A stretch of DNA of 63,766 nt, the filler included, from Choristocarpus tenellus KU-1152 (taxonomy: Eukaryota; Protista; Phaeophyceae): the NCBI GenBank assembly GCA_964200185.2. It is 13 parts of 13 records of this genome, joined end to end, with 100 filler letters (N's around TTAATTAATTAA, not from the genome) between each part and the next. Parts side by side here need not be neighbours in the genome. Positions count along the whole stretch, not along the records: positions 57,327 to 63,766 come from CAXNAD020008139.1; 12 more parts are not named here. One strand, written 5' to 3'. Shown here one piece after another: positions 63,710 through 63,766 of the stretch (the first letter of the stretch is position 1; the number at the start of each line of letters is the position of its first letter). Under the pieces are notes generated by a model. That model was not told the DNA's origin and did no database searches. It saw only the letters and a program-made list of their open reading frames with translations. The position numbers and the translations under genes are program-made.

Positions 63710-63766
63710 TTTAAAGTATCCCCAAAATCATCAAAGAGGATAAAGGTGATAAACCCAGCGATATTG

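Overview
This window is not one locus. It holds 13 unrelated eukaryotic contigs joined by artificial 100-bp linkers (44 N + TTAATTAATTAA + 44 N), so adjacency across linkers means nothing. The DNA is intron-rich and repeat-rich, with GT-AG introns and interstitial TTAGGG motifs. An ochrophyte or brown-alga-like stramenopile origin is plausible but only inferred. Host genes reconstructed by hand-splicing: a 2-exon signal-peptide membrane protein (369-1305), a 9-exon coronin (coronin-7-like, minus strand), two TOR kinase HEAT-region exons, DEAH-box helicase exons, P4-ATPase flippase exons, and an intradiol-dioxygenase-like gene with a His-to-Asn ligand change fused to a C-terminal 'WSNG..W.R' beta-rich domain. 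Most of the rest is transposon debris: hAT, DD39D-like mariner, pogo, RTE LINE, copia and gypsy. The strongest findings are: (i) two abundant MITE families sharing a bipartite end signature (AAAGTATCT plus GTCCRTTTGG) and 4-bp TSDs, with filled and empty sites visible in the window (Sola2-like by inference); (ii) a structurally complete 3.1-kb non-autonomous copia element whose scrambled RT-to-integrase junction recurs in a second copy; (iii) the divergent dioxygenase fusion. No rRNA, tRNA or CRISPR array is supported. No database searches were possible; all family calls rest on motif recognition and novelty is unverified.
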